Assembly (NCBI GenBank): GCA_964633875.1
Contig: CAZWKL010000001.1
Span: 53,530 to 117,529 of the forward strand
Direction of reading: 5' to 3'
Length of the DNA stretch: 64,000 bases
Source of the DNA: an uncultured Pseudomonadales bacterium
GTDB lineage: Bacteria > Patescibacteriota > Microgenomatia > UBA1400 > PJMF01
A program made the position numbers and the translations under genes. Below the pieces are notes generated by a model. The model worked only from the letters and a program-made list of their open reading frames with translations. It was not told the DNA's origin and searched no databases. Positions 56,786-64,000 of this stretch are shown here, piece after piece (within the stretch, counting starts at the first letter, position 1; each line of letters opens with the position of its first letter).

Positions 56786-58069
56786 CTACTTCAAGTGCCA
56801 ATAAACACTCATATAATTGTCATCGTGGAAAATGAAAACGCCGTTGCCGCCGTCTCCCAGACAGTTTCTGCAAAAATAAGCCTCGCCGTCCTGGACCGCC
56901 TTAACCGAGTGTGAGCTCATGCCCACCATGTCCAGCGCCGGGTGAGTGTTGCCACCGTACATCCAGTTGTAACAAGTATTGCTGCCGTAGTTTTGAGTAA
57001 TCCGCACATCACTCATCGGCCAGTCCCAACTGCCTTTACCAGAGCTGGTGGAACCACTCGGATCATGCCCGCAGCCGGTAGACCAAGTCACTGTTTTGGA
57101 CTTCAACTTGTCCAACGGATTAATGTGATTACTGTAGTACCAGCCCCAACTACCGGTGTTCTGAAACTGCTTAACGTTATAGCGGTAAATACTAAAATGC
57201 AGGTGAGCGCCGGTAGAGAAGCCGGAATTGCCCATGGTACCAATAGTTTCGCCGCGCTTAACTTTGACCTCATTGCCTTCACGAATCACCACGTTGGCCG
57301 CGCCGGAAATCTGAGCTAACTCTTTTCTAGCCTGGGCCAATAGCTCCTGATACCTGGTTTCGTTGCTTTTGGTGACGTTAAGAATCGCTTCCTGCTCTTG
57401 TTTGCTGGCCGCCAACTCCTGGCGTTTGCCCTCAAGCTGCTGCCGCTTTTCCAGCACTTCATCTTGCTTCACTTCCTTGAGCGATTTTTGCTCATCAAAA
57501 TGCAGCCGCTGTGACTCAGCCCGCGTCATGGCGTAGGCGGTTTGCTCACCGGCTTTGGCCAGATACTTGTACTGAGTCACGAACGAATTAAACGAGTCCG
57601 ACTCGAGCAGTAGTGACAGCGGATTGGTTTGGGTGCGCTTATACTGAGCCTTGACCCGATTAACCAACATCGTCGAGAGCCTGTCCAGGGAAACTCCCAG
57701 GCCGTTAATCCGCTCAGTTAGCTCGGAAATTTCTCTTTCCAGGGTGTTAATTTCAGCCAGCAGCTGATTGATTTGCACTTGCTGAAGGTTGATTTGGCCG
57801 TTGAGAACGCTGATGGTGTTGGTGAGGGTGTTTTTTTCGTTACTAATCACCCCGAGCACTTTTTCCAGACAGGCCGTTTTTTTGTTGTAGCAGGCCATTT
57901 TTTCGTCAGCGTCGTCTTCTTTTTCGCACTTATACTTAGCCTCGCAATCTTCGTTGGCCCGAGCTTTTTGCGTGGAAATACCGGAAAAAATTAAGGTGAA
58001 GCCGAAAAATACTAAAAATACTGCCAGGATTTTGGGGAAAGTGAAGAGTTTGTCGGCAGTGCTTCGCAT
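56786..58069 (-). CDS. EnvC-like murein hydrolase activator / M23 (LytM) peptidase with an N-terminal anchor and long coiled-coil. The M23 domain appears circularly permuted.
   Basis: N-terminal TM/signal plus ~220-aa coiled-coil. M23 C-terminal half (VKVKRGETIGTMGNSGFSTGAHLHFSIY, i.e. ...G.TG.STGPHLHFE) occurs first. ~55 residues later comes the M23 N-terminal half (WDWPMSDVRITQNYG...THPALDMVG..VKAVQDGEAY.....GNGVFIFHDDNYMSVYWHLK*), and the protein ends exactly at the YxHL motif. Operon partner of ftsEX. Confidence 0.8.
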   Translation of the reverse strand: MRSTADKLFTFPKILAVFLVFFGFTLIFSGISTQKARANEDCEAKYKCEKEDDADEKMACYNKKTACLEKVLGVISNEKNTLTNTISVLNGQINLQQVQINQLLAEINTLEREISELTERINGLGVSLDRLSTMLVNRVKAQYKRTQTNPLSLLLESDSFNSFVTQYKYLAKAGEQTAYAMTRAESQRLHFDEQKSLKEVKQDEVLEKRQQLEGKRQELAASKQEQEAILNVTKSNETRYQELLAQARKELAQISGAANVVIREGNEVKVKRGETIGTMGNSGFSTGAHLHFSIYRYNVKQFQNTGSWGWYYSNHINPLDKLKSKTVTWSTGCGHDPSGSTSSGKGSWDWPMSDVRITQNYGSNTCYNWMYGGNTHPALDMVGMSSHSVKAVQDGEAYFCRNCLGDGGNGVFIFHDDNYMSVYWHLK

Positions 58070-58112
58070 GGTAATACTTTTTTAGTTTACTTGAGAGAGA
58101 AAGTCAAGGGCT

Positions 58113-58982
58113 CTAGCGGCGAATTAGTCTACCCACCGCCAGCAAGCCTGCCATTCCCCCCAACAGCATCCCCGCGCCAACTCCGATAGCCAGTTGAGTC
58201 AACAAAATCTCAATTGAAACCGGCAGCAGCTGCACCTCGCCCAGGAAATCTTGAATCCAGGGGGTGAGATAAAGCAGGACGGCGTACATACTAACCCAGC
58301 CAACGAGCGCCCCGGTCAGCCCATAAATCATGCCCTCGAGCATGAACGGCGCTTTGATGTAGCTTTTGGTAGCGCCAATCAGGCGCATAATGTTGATAGC
58401 CGTTTTTTTGGAAGAAGCTTTCATGGTAATGATGACAAAAATAATCAAGAAAGAGATGAAAGCCAGAATACCGGCCACCGCCAGACCTACTTGCCTGATA
58501 CTTCTGGTCCAGTGCGACAGTTGCTCGACCACGCTTTCCTGGAAATCGACATCTTCCACGCTGCGCAACCCCTCAAGATCGGACTTGACTTGCTGAAGAT
58601 AGGCAATATCGGTGGCGGCCACTTCAATGCTGGCGGGCAAAATATCCGCCGTCACCAGTTCCAGCAGTAGCGGCTCGTCTTGGTTGTTGGCTTGGTAAAT
58701 GTCCAGCGCTTCTTCTTTGGTGACCACCGTGACTTGTTCCACGTAAGGTTTGGCTGTCATGATCTCGGCAGCGCTGGTAATGGCGTTCTCTTCGGCGTCA
58801 ATCTCAAAAAAGGCGATAATTTGCGGCTGAGTTTCGAAGTGCTCCAAAACTACGTTGGTGCCCAGGATCATCAGCGAGAAACTGAAAGCCACAAAAAAAG
58901 TCACCGTCACCATCATAATCGAAACTAAAGCCTGGTAAGGCGATCTTCGGATGGTAGTTAGGGCAGTGGTCAGTGCTTGCAT
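58113..58982 (-). CDS. ftsX: Cell-division ABC transporter permease FtsX
   Basis: 289 aa. 4 TM helices with a large first extracytoplasmic loop. Conserved ftsE-ftsX order; 4-nt gap to ftsE. Confidence 0.85.
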   Translation of the reverse strand: MQALTTALTTIRRSPYQALVSIMMVTVTFFVAFSFSLMILGTNVVLEHFETQPQIIAFFEIDAEENAITSAAEIMTAKPYVEQVTVVTKEEALDIYQANNQDEPLLLELVTADILPASIEVAATDIAYLQQVKSDLEGLRSVEDVDFQESVVEQLSHWTRSIRQVGLAVAGILAFISFLIIFVIITMKASSKKTAINIMRLIGATKSYIKAPFMLEGMIYGLTGALVGWVSMYAVLLYLTPWIQDFLGEVQLLPVSIEILLTQLAIGVGAGMLLGGMAGLLAVGRLIRR

Positions 58983-58985
58983 GGC

Positions 58986-59903
58986 TTAATTTTCTTCTTC
59001 CTCTTTGTTGGCTTTTTTCTCTTTTGGTAGCTTGGATTTTTTGGATTTTTCGGGCTTGGAGTCGCTGGGTTTGGCTTTTGCAGGCTCGATCTCATCAGCG
59101 GCCGGCTTCTTTTTCTTTAAAACCAGATCCGGAGGTTTGAAAGTTTCACCCCAAATATTTTCTGTTTTAATGTCGGCAGGATCCTCATCGGTGCCGGCAG
59201 TACTGGCAGGCTCCTTTTCCTTTTTAACCTTCTTCTTACCGCCGGCATCCTTCACAATTTGGCCTTTTTCCAAGAAAATTGTTCTCATGCCGGCCAGCTC
59301 ACTCATGATTTCCTGGTCGTGGGTGGCGAAAATCACTGTAGTGCCCAGCTCATTGATTTTGTGGATCAGACGGGCAATTTTCAGGGAAGTGTCTTTATCA
59401 AGGTTGCCGGTCGGTTCGTCCGCAAAAATAATGCTGGGACCGGTAGCCAGCGCCCTGGCAATACTAATCCTTTGCGCCTCGCCACCTGAGAGCTGAGTGG
59501 GGAAAAGTTGAGCTTTATCCGTGAGTTCTACCAGTTTCAACAAGTCCGTTACCCGCTCTTCAATTTCATCACTCTTTTTACCGATAATCATCAGCGGCAA
59601 GGCAATGTTTTCCCAAACATTTAGTTCATGAAGCAGGCGGTAATTTTGAAAAATCACCCCGATTTTCCTCCGATGTTCATGTAGTTGTGAGTTTTTCAGT
59701 TGATTGACGCTGTAATCTTCAAAAAGAATTTCTCCCGCTGTGGGTGTGTACTCCTTGGTAATCAAGCGCATCAGGGTGGTTTTGCCGCTACCCGAGTGGC
59801 CGGTGATGAAAACAAAATCACCCGGATCTACTGAAAAACTAACGTCTTTAACGCCGTAAGAATCTTCAGTGAATTGTTTGGTAACATTGTCAAAAATTAG
59901 CAT
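58986..59903 (-). CDS. ftsE: Cell-division ATP-binding protein FtsE, with a ~85-aa Lys/Glu-rich C-terminal tail
   Basis: Walker A GHSGSGKTTL; signature LSGGEAQRISIARAL; Walker B IIFADEPTGNLD. Tail ...KKKVKKEKEPAS...KSKKSKLPKEKKANKEEEEN. Confidence 0.9.
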   Translation of the reverse strand: MLIFDNVTKQFTEDSYGVKDVSFSVDPGDFVFITGHSGSGKTTLMRLITKEYTPTAGEILFEDYSVNQLKNSQLHEHRRKIGVIFQNYRLLHELNVWENIALPLMIIGKKSDEIEERVTDLLKLVELTDKAQLFPTQLSGGEAQRISIARALATGPSIIFADEPTGNLDKDTSLKIARLIHKINELGTTVIFATHDQEIMSELAGMRTIFLEKGQIVKDAGGKKKVKKEKEPASTAGTDEDPADIKTENIWGETFKPPDLVLKKKKPAADEIEPAKAKPSDSKPEKSKKSKLPKEKKANKEEEEN

Positions 59904-59918
59904 AAAGGCAGGACGGTT

Positions 59919-60482
59919 TTATTCTATCAGTTGTGCTTCTCCTTCAACGTTGAGGACTTCCACTCGACCAACATCCATCAGCCAACCGGCTTTTTGACCT
60001 TTGAAAGTTTCTCCCCAAACCCTCACTTCCATACCCACCAACTTGTCCAGATCAGTGACTGAGGACGTTAAATAAACGGTTTGAGCTTTGCCACCGGGTC
60101 TGAGCAGGCTATGGGAGCCTTCGCCGTCAATGCCGCCTGACTCAAGATAGCCCTGGGCGGAATCTTTGAAAGTTTGCTCGTCGGCGCTGCCAAAAACATC
60201 ACCGGCCTTGACATCGTCCTCAGCTACTCGCTTAATGACTCCGTCCTTGGGCACACCGGTATCATTGCTGTGAACCATACGGTTGGCGGCATAACCGGTG
60301 CCAACTCCAGCCAAGATGGCGATAATTCCAAACATCACAATTGGTTTTTTCAGAAATTTATTGAGTTTTTTCATAGGCGAAACTTGATTATCATTGATTT
60401 GTTCGGTGGGGTCAACCACTGGCTGAGCCGGCTCATTTTCCGGCATAGTTGATGGTGGGGTGGTGAGATCTAGTTTTCGCAT
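59919..60482 (-). CDS. Hypothetical membrane-anchored protein (187 aa)
   Basis: N-terminal cytoplasmic segment, one TM helix (IVMFGIIAILAGVGTGYAA), and an extracytoplasmic domain with no recognisable motifs. Confidence 0.35.
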   Translation of the reverse strand: MRKLDLTTPPSTMPENEPAQPVVDPTEQINDNQVSPMKKLNKFLKKPIVMFGIIAILAGVGTGYAANRMVHSNDTGVPKDGVIKRVAEDDVKAGDVFGSADEQTFKDSAQGYLESGGIDGEGSHSLLRPGGKAQTVYLTSSVTDLDKLVGMEVRVWGETFKGQKAGWLMDVGRVEVLNVEGEAQLIE

Positions 60483-60543
60483 ATATCCTTAGTATAAAGA
60501 ACTCGTTGTAAAATGCCAATCAGCTTTCTTTTGTTCCTACTAT

Positions 60544-61638
60544 TTATAATTTGATTTCTTCCGCGATAAATTCGTCAAGATTACCGTCTAAAACACCGGC
60601 TGTATCGCTGGTTTCCACCTGGGTGCGGGTGTCTTTGACCAGATGATAAGGATGAAGGACGTAATTGCGAATTTGGTTGCCCCAACTGGCTTGGTGATGC
60701 TCGCCTTTTTCTTCTTTGAGTTCGCGGTCCAGTCTGGCTTCTTCCAGTTTGGCCAGCTGAGCCTTGAGTTTTTGCAGGGCGCGCTGCTTGTTTTGCACTT
60801 GCGTTCTTTCTTCCCGGCACTTGACCGTAATGCCGGTAGGCAAGTGGGTGAGCTCAACGGCGGTGGCTACTTTGTTGACATTTTGGCCGCCGGCGCCGCC
60901 CGCCCGGGAAAAATTCCAGGAGAGATCGTTTTCGTTGAGCTCGATTTCGTCCGAAGTTTCGTCAATCAGCGGCAGCACTTCTACCAGGGCAAAAGAAGTT
61001 TGGCGCAAGTTGTCGGCGTTAAAGGGACTTTGCCGCACCAGCCGGTGAGTGCCGGCCTCGCCCTTGAGGTAACCATAAGCGTAGTCCGCCTCAACCGCGT
61101 ACTCTGCCGCCTTAATGCCGGCTTCTTCCCCTCTGGACTCAGAGAGCAGGGTGTACTGCCAGTTTTTTTTGTCGAAGTAGCGCAGGTACATCCGGCGCAG
61201 CATCTCCGCCCAGTCCATAGCTTCAGTGCCGCCTTGCCCGGAGTGAACGGACAGAATGGCGCCGTTTTCGTCGAACTCGCCACTCAAGTAATGCCTCAGT
61301 TCCAGCTCTTTCAAGCCGGACTCCAGTTTTTTTAAGGTTTGTTGGAACTCTTGGTTGAGCTCTTCGTTTTCGTTGGCTGCCTCGCCTAGTAGCTCGAGGT
61401 AAGCTTGGGTGTCTTGGGTGAGGTTTTGTACTCGGTCAAAAAGCTCGATTTTATTTTTAAGACTGGCCAGCCGCCTCATGATGGCTTTGGCTTCCGGTTG
61501 CTGCCAAAAGTCGGGCGCGTAAGTTTGTTTTTCCAGTTCTTGAACTTGGTTTTTGAAGCTGGACAAGTCGCCGGTGTTTAAGTACTGCTCGGCTTTTTCG
61601 ATCAGCAGGGTGGCGGCTTCTCTTGGCAATGAGTTCAT
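60544..61638 (-). CDS. prfB: Peptide chain release factor 2 (no programmed +1 frameshift)
   Basis: GGQ motif ([12 protein letters not shown]) and SPF tripeptide anticodon motif (RQSPFNADN) identify RF2. The ORF is uninterrupted from its ATG. Confidence 0.9.
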   Translation of the reverse strand: MNSLPREAATLLIEKAEQYLNTGDLSSFKNQVQELEKQTYAPDFWQQPEAKAIMRRLASLKNKIELFDRVQNLTQDTQAYLELLGEAANENEELNQEFQQTLKKLESGLKELELRHYLSGEFDENGAILSVHSGQGGTEAMDWAEMLRRMYLRYFDKKNWQYTLLSESRGEEAGIKAAEYAVEADYAYGYLKGEAGTHRLVRQSPFNADNLRQTSFALVEVLPLIDETSDEIELNENDLSWNFSRAGGAGGQNVNKVATAVELTHLPTGITVKCREERTQVQNKQRALQKLKAQLAKLEEARLDRELKEEKGEHHQASWGNQIRNYVLHPYHLVKDTRTQVETSDTAGVLDGNLDEFIAEEIKL

Positions 61639-61643
61639 ACGAG

Positions 61644-63338
61644 TTATTGTAACACTAGGTCTGGCATTTGCAGCAGAGTGTCGGTTTCCAGGTTAAACTC
61701 GATTTCCTGGTTTGGGGTGGTGATTTTGACCGGAATGGTCCTAATGCCGGGCTGTTTTTGGATGGCTAACTGGGTGGGAGAGTTTGAGGTAGCGGCAGGC
61801 TTTTTCAGGTGAATTTTAAGTTGGCCGGAGCTATTTTCCGGCAAAGTAAGCAGAAAACCGATTTGTTTTAACTTGGTGTTTTCGGGGGTGGTGATAAAAG
61901 TGGTGTCAAAGTTGGTAATGGCCTGATCTTGATACTCAACTTTTTCCACTTCCCAGGCGGCTGGTAGCAGCACTCGCTGATAATTAACATAACCGTTGTG
62001 CGGCGCTTCCTGGATCGAGCTGCTGGCCTCAATCAAAAAAATTTCTTGTTGAGTTTTGGGCTGATTATGGTTGGTAAAGTTGATGTTGAGTTGCATTGCT
62101 GCCGGCTGCCAGACAAGATCATAGTTTCTGGTAATACCGACATTGGCTTTGTTGATGCCGACATTTGACTCAAGCAAGTAAAAGTACTCTTCTGCCTGGT
62201 AATTGTTGAGCCGGCCCGAAGCACCCAAGGCCTCAATGGCTGGCTGAAGGGCCTCGTTGGGGCTGTAGGCCAGCAGTTGCTTGGTGTTGATACCGTTGAG
62301 AAGAATTTGCCCTGCTTCCAACTTTTTTTCGTTTGGCAACTGAGTGAGCGCCAGCTGAAATTGCAACCAAGCCAGTTCCAGCAAGTGCTTTTTTTGAGCG
62401 CTGCCGGGAAAGAAAGTGTCGCGACCCGAGCGCAGAGCGGTGCTAAGGGATTCCGGTGTTAGGTTGGTGTCGTAGTCTAGGACCCGCACCGGCCCGGTCA
62501 TGGCCAGCAAGTCTTCAACCAAAGGCAAATTAAGAGCTACCATGCCGCCAAGATGCTTTTTGCCGGCAATTTCAAAGAAATCCAGCATCTGTTGGCCGCT
62601 TTCCCGAAAATCGGCTTGCCAGTTGGCATCGGGTAATCTCAAACCTTTATTTCCGGCCAAGTACTCCCGCACTCCCGGTGGTGGCTCTATATATCCCGTA
62701 AACTGGCCGTCGGCATCATAAATGTCTTCCACCACTAGGTTAGTAATTCGGCCATTTTCCATCGTTACCAAGGCATAGGAGCCGGGAAAACCACCCGTTG
62801 CCCTTAGCTCATCGCTGTTTTGCAGCACCACTACCCAAGCTTGGCTGTTTTGACTCAAGTAGTTGAGCAGAGCAGTGACTGCCGTCAGTTTTTGCTGGTA
62901 TGCTTTGAAATCGTGGTTTTTTAGCAGCGGCCGCAAGATTACCGCTCTATCCAGATTTGTCAGCAAAGGTTGTAAATCTGGCTCAACTTGATTAAGCAAC
63001 CGGGCGGCCGCTGCTAAATCCAGCACCACTTCAGGCTCGTTGGCCGGCAGTACTTCAGCCAACTGCTCTTGCAACTCAGGCCACTGTTTGAGTAACCGCA
63101 GGCTGTTTTTCCAAACCTCAACCACTGGTACCCGGCGCAGAGAAACCACCGACAAAACTTCAACTCCCGGCGCGGCCACTTTTCCCCACCCAACAGCGCC
63201 ATCAAGATCGTTACTTTGCCAGCGCTGCACCGCTACACCACTGGCCGCGCCGGCCAATAAAACCAGCACACCTAGCAAAACCACCAGCGTCAAAGCAATT
63301 TTTCGCCCAATAGGCACAAATAATTGAAAATTCATCAA
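61644..63338 (-). CDS. Large hypothetical exported/membrane-anchored protein (564 aa), possibly DUF4012-like
   Basis: N-terminal TM ([24 protein letters not shown]). Internal [22 protein letters not shown] motif, which I recall as characteristic of DUF4012 proteins (unverified). Located where secA often lies (upstream of prfB). Confidence 0.4.
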   Translation of the reverse strand: MMNFQLFVPIGRKIALTLVVLLGVLVLLAGAASGVAVQRWQSNDLDGAVGWGKVAAPGVEVLSVVSLRRVPVVEVWKNSLRLLKQWPELQEQLAEVLPANEPEVVLDLAAAARLLNQVEPDLQPLLTNLDRAVILRPLLKNHDFKAYQQKLTAVTALLNYLSQNSQAWVVVLQNSDELRATGGFPGSYALVTMENGRITNLVVEDIYDADGQFTGYIEPPPGVREYLAGNKGLRLPDANWQADFRESGQQMLDFFEIAGKKHLGGMVALNLPLVEDLLAMTGPVRVLDYDTNLTPESLSTALRSGRDTFFPGSAQKKHLLELAWLQFQLALTQLPNEKKLEAGQILLNGINTKQLLAYSPNEALQPAIEALGASGRLNNYQAEEYFYLLESNVGINKANVGITRNYDLVWQPAAMQLNINFTNHNQPKTQQEIFLIEASSSIQEAPHNGYVNYQRVLLPAAWEVEKVEYQDQAITNFDTTFITTPENTKLKQIGFLLTLPENSSGQLKIHLKKPAATSNSPTQLAIQKQPGIRTIPVKITTPNQEIEFNLETDTLLQMPDLVLQ

Positions 63339-63366
63339 CTCAAGTATACATCAATATGTGTCAAGC

Positions 63367-64000
63367 CTAACGATAGACAGCCTGAGTAATCTGGTCGCCT
63401 TGGCTCAATTGAGTCACCACGTCCATGCCCGAGGTCACCCGGCCAAAAACCGCGTGCTTGCCGTCCAACCACGGCGTAGCCTCCAGAGTGATAAACACCT
63501 GGCTGCCACCGGTATTAGGGCCGCTGTTAGCCATCGACAAAATGCCGGCGCCATCATGTTTCAACTCCGGATGAAACTCGTCGGCAATAGCATAGCCCGG
63601 GCCGCCGGTTCCCCATCCAGCCTCAGTGCCGGCTTCTTTGGTGAGCGGATCGCCAAACTGAACCACAAAATCCGGCACTACCCGGTGGATCACAATGCCG
63701 TCATAATACCCACTCTTGACCAAATTCAGGAAATTGGTCGTTGTCAGCGGCGCCTGTTCAGTGAAAAGCTCAATCACCACTTCGCCTTTAGTAGTGGTCA
63801 GCACCACTTGGCTGGCCACAATTTGTTCAAAATCCTCCAAATTTTTCAAGGCTTTATTAGGCATAAGACTACCTCCGTTATTCTGTTGATAATTGATATT
63901 ATTGCCCTCGATATCCGTTTCTAAACTGTAGCTTTCAGAATCACTAAAGGTCAACTCATTTGGTTCCGGTTGAGGCGGAGTACAAGCAGACAAAACCAAA
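63367..64000 (-). CDS. ppiB: Cyclophilin-type peptidyl-prolyl cis-trans isomerase, probably a lipoprotein. Partial: the 5' end lies beyond the window.
   Basis: HRVVPDFVVQFGDP...GGPGYAIADEFHPELKHDGAGILSMANSGPNTGGSQVFITLEATPWLDGKHAVFGRV. Possible lipobox LSAC near the N-terminus. The ORF runs to the window edge. Confidence 0.85.
   Translation of the reverse strand, partial: LVLSACTPPQPEPNELTFSDSESYSLETDIEGNNINYQQNNGGSLMPNKALKNLEDFEQIVASQVVLTTTKGEVVIELFTEQAPLTTTNFLNLVKSGYYDGIVIHRVVPDFVVQFGDPLTKEAGTEAGWGTGGPGYAIADEFHPELKHDGAGILSMANSGPNTGGSQVFITLEATPWLDGKHAVFGRVTSGMDVVTQLSQGDQITQAVYR

Noticed and set aside
60544-61638. Programmed +1 frameshift in prfB
   Set aside because: Looked for the CUU-UGA-C shifty site near codon 25. 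The ORF is continuous from its ATG with no in-frame UGA, so no frameshift is present.
1-64000. CRISPR arrays, integrases, transposases or IS elements
   Set aside because: No regularly spaced direct repeats with unique spacers and no transposase/integrase-like ORFs. The only repeat array (37005..37080) has 10-bp units without spacers and is interpreted as a regulatory, DNA-bending element.

Overview
This window comes from a small-genome bacterium with a compact, mostly co-directional gene layout. The missing L30 gene, the Lys/Ala-rich tails on ribosomal proteins, the sortase and the lamin-tail-domain proteins suggest Patescibacteria/CPR (Candidate Phyla Radiation) or a Gram-positive-like lineage; this is an inference.

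- **1-6.1 kb (+):** a 5'-truncated alaS, then a two-gene insertion (a degenerate actin-like membrane protein and a sortase), then ruvX and mltG.
- **6.3-35.0 kb (+):** one continuous translation/transcription super-cluster: rpoB-rpoC-rpsL-rpsG-fusA-tuf, the S10/spc/alpha operons (rpsJ through rplO, secY, adk, map, infA, rpmJ, rpsM, rpsK, rpsD, rpoA, rplQ), then rplM-rpsI. There is no rpmD (L30) between rpsE and rplO.
- **35.0-41.3 kb (-):** an ABC operon with one ATPase, six paralogous ABC-2-type permeases and a small soluble protein. An internal array of 10-bp-phased GTGAAAA repeats sits between the ATPase and the last two permeases.
- **41.4-55.0 kb (-):** hup (HU), then what looks like a cell-surface glycosylation/export locus: a VanZ-like protein, an S/T/N/P-rich secreted protein with two lamin-tail domains, a 734-aa protein with a twin-arginine-type signal, a 1104-aa GT-C-like polytopic glycosyltransferase, a GT2 polyprenyl-phosphate glycosyltransferase, small membrane and secreted proteins, and a highly divergent SecA paralog (1056 aa). 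A consensus sigma70 promoter sits in front of a small Cys-pair exported protein at the locus head.
- **55.0-56.8 kb (+):** a small decayed accessory patch: a BrnA-like antitoxin remnant, a RhuM-family gene and an orphan XRE-HTH gene.
- **56.8-64.0 kb (-):** ftsE-ftsX plus an EnvC-like M23 peptidase whose LytM domain appears circularly permuted, then a membrane-anchored hypothetical, prfB (no programmed frameshift), a large hypothetical envelope protein, and a 5'-truncated cyclophilin.

No rRNA, tRNA or CRISPR was found. All product calls rest on motif-level reading of the translations; no database search was run.
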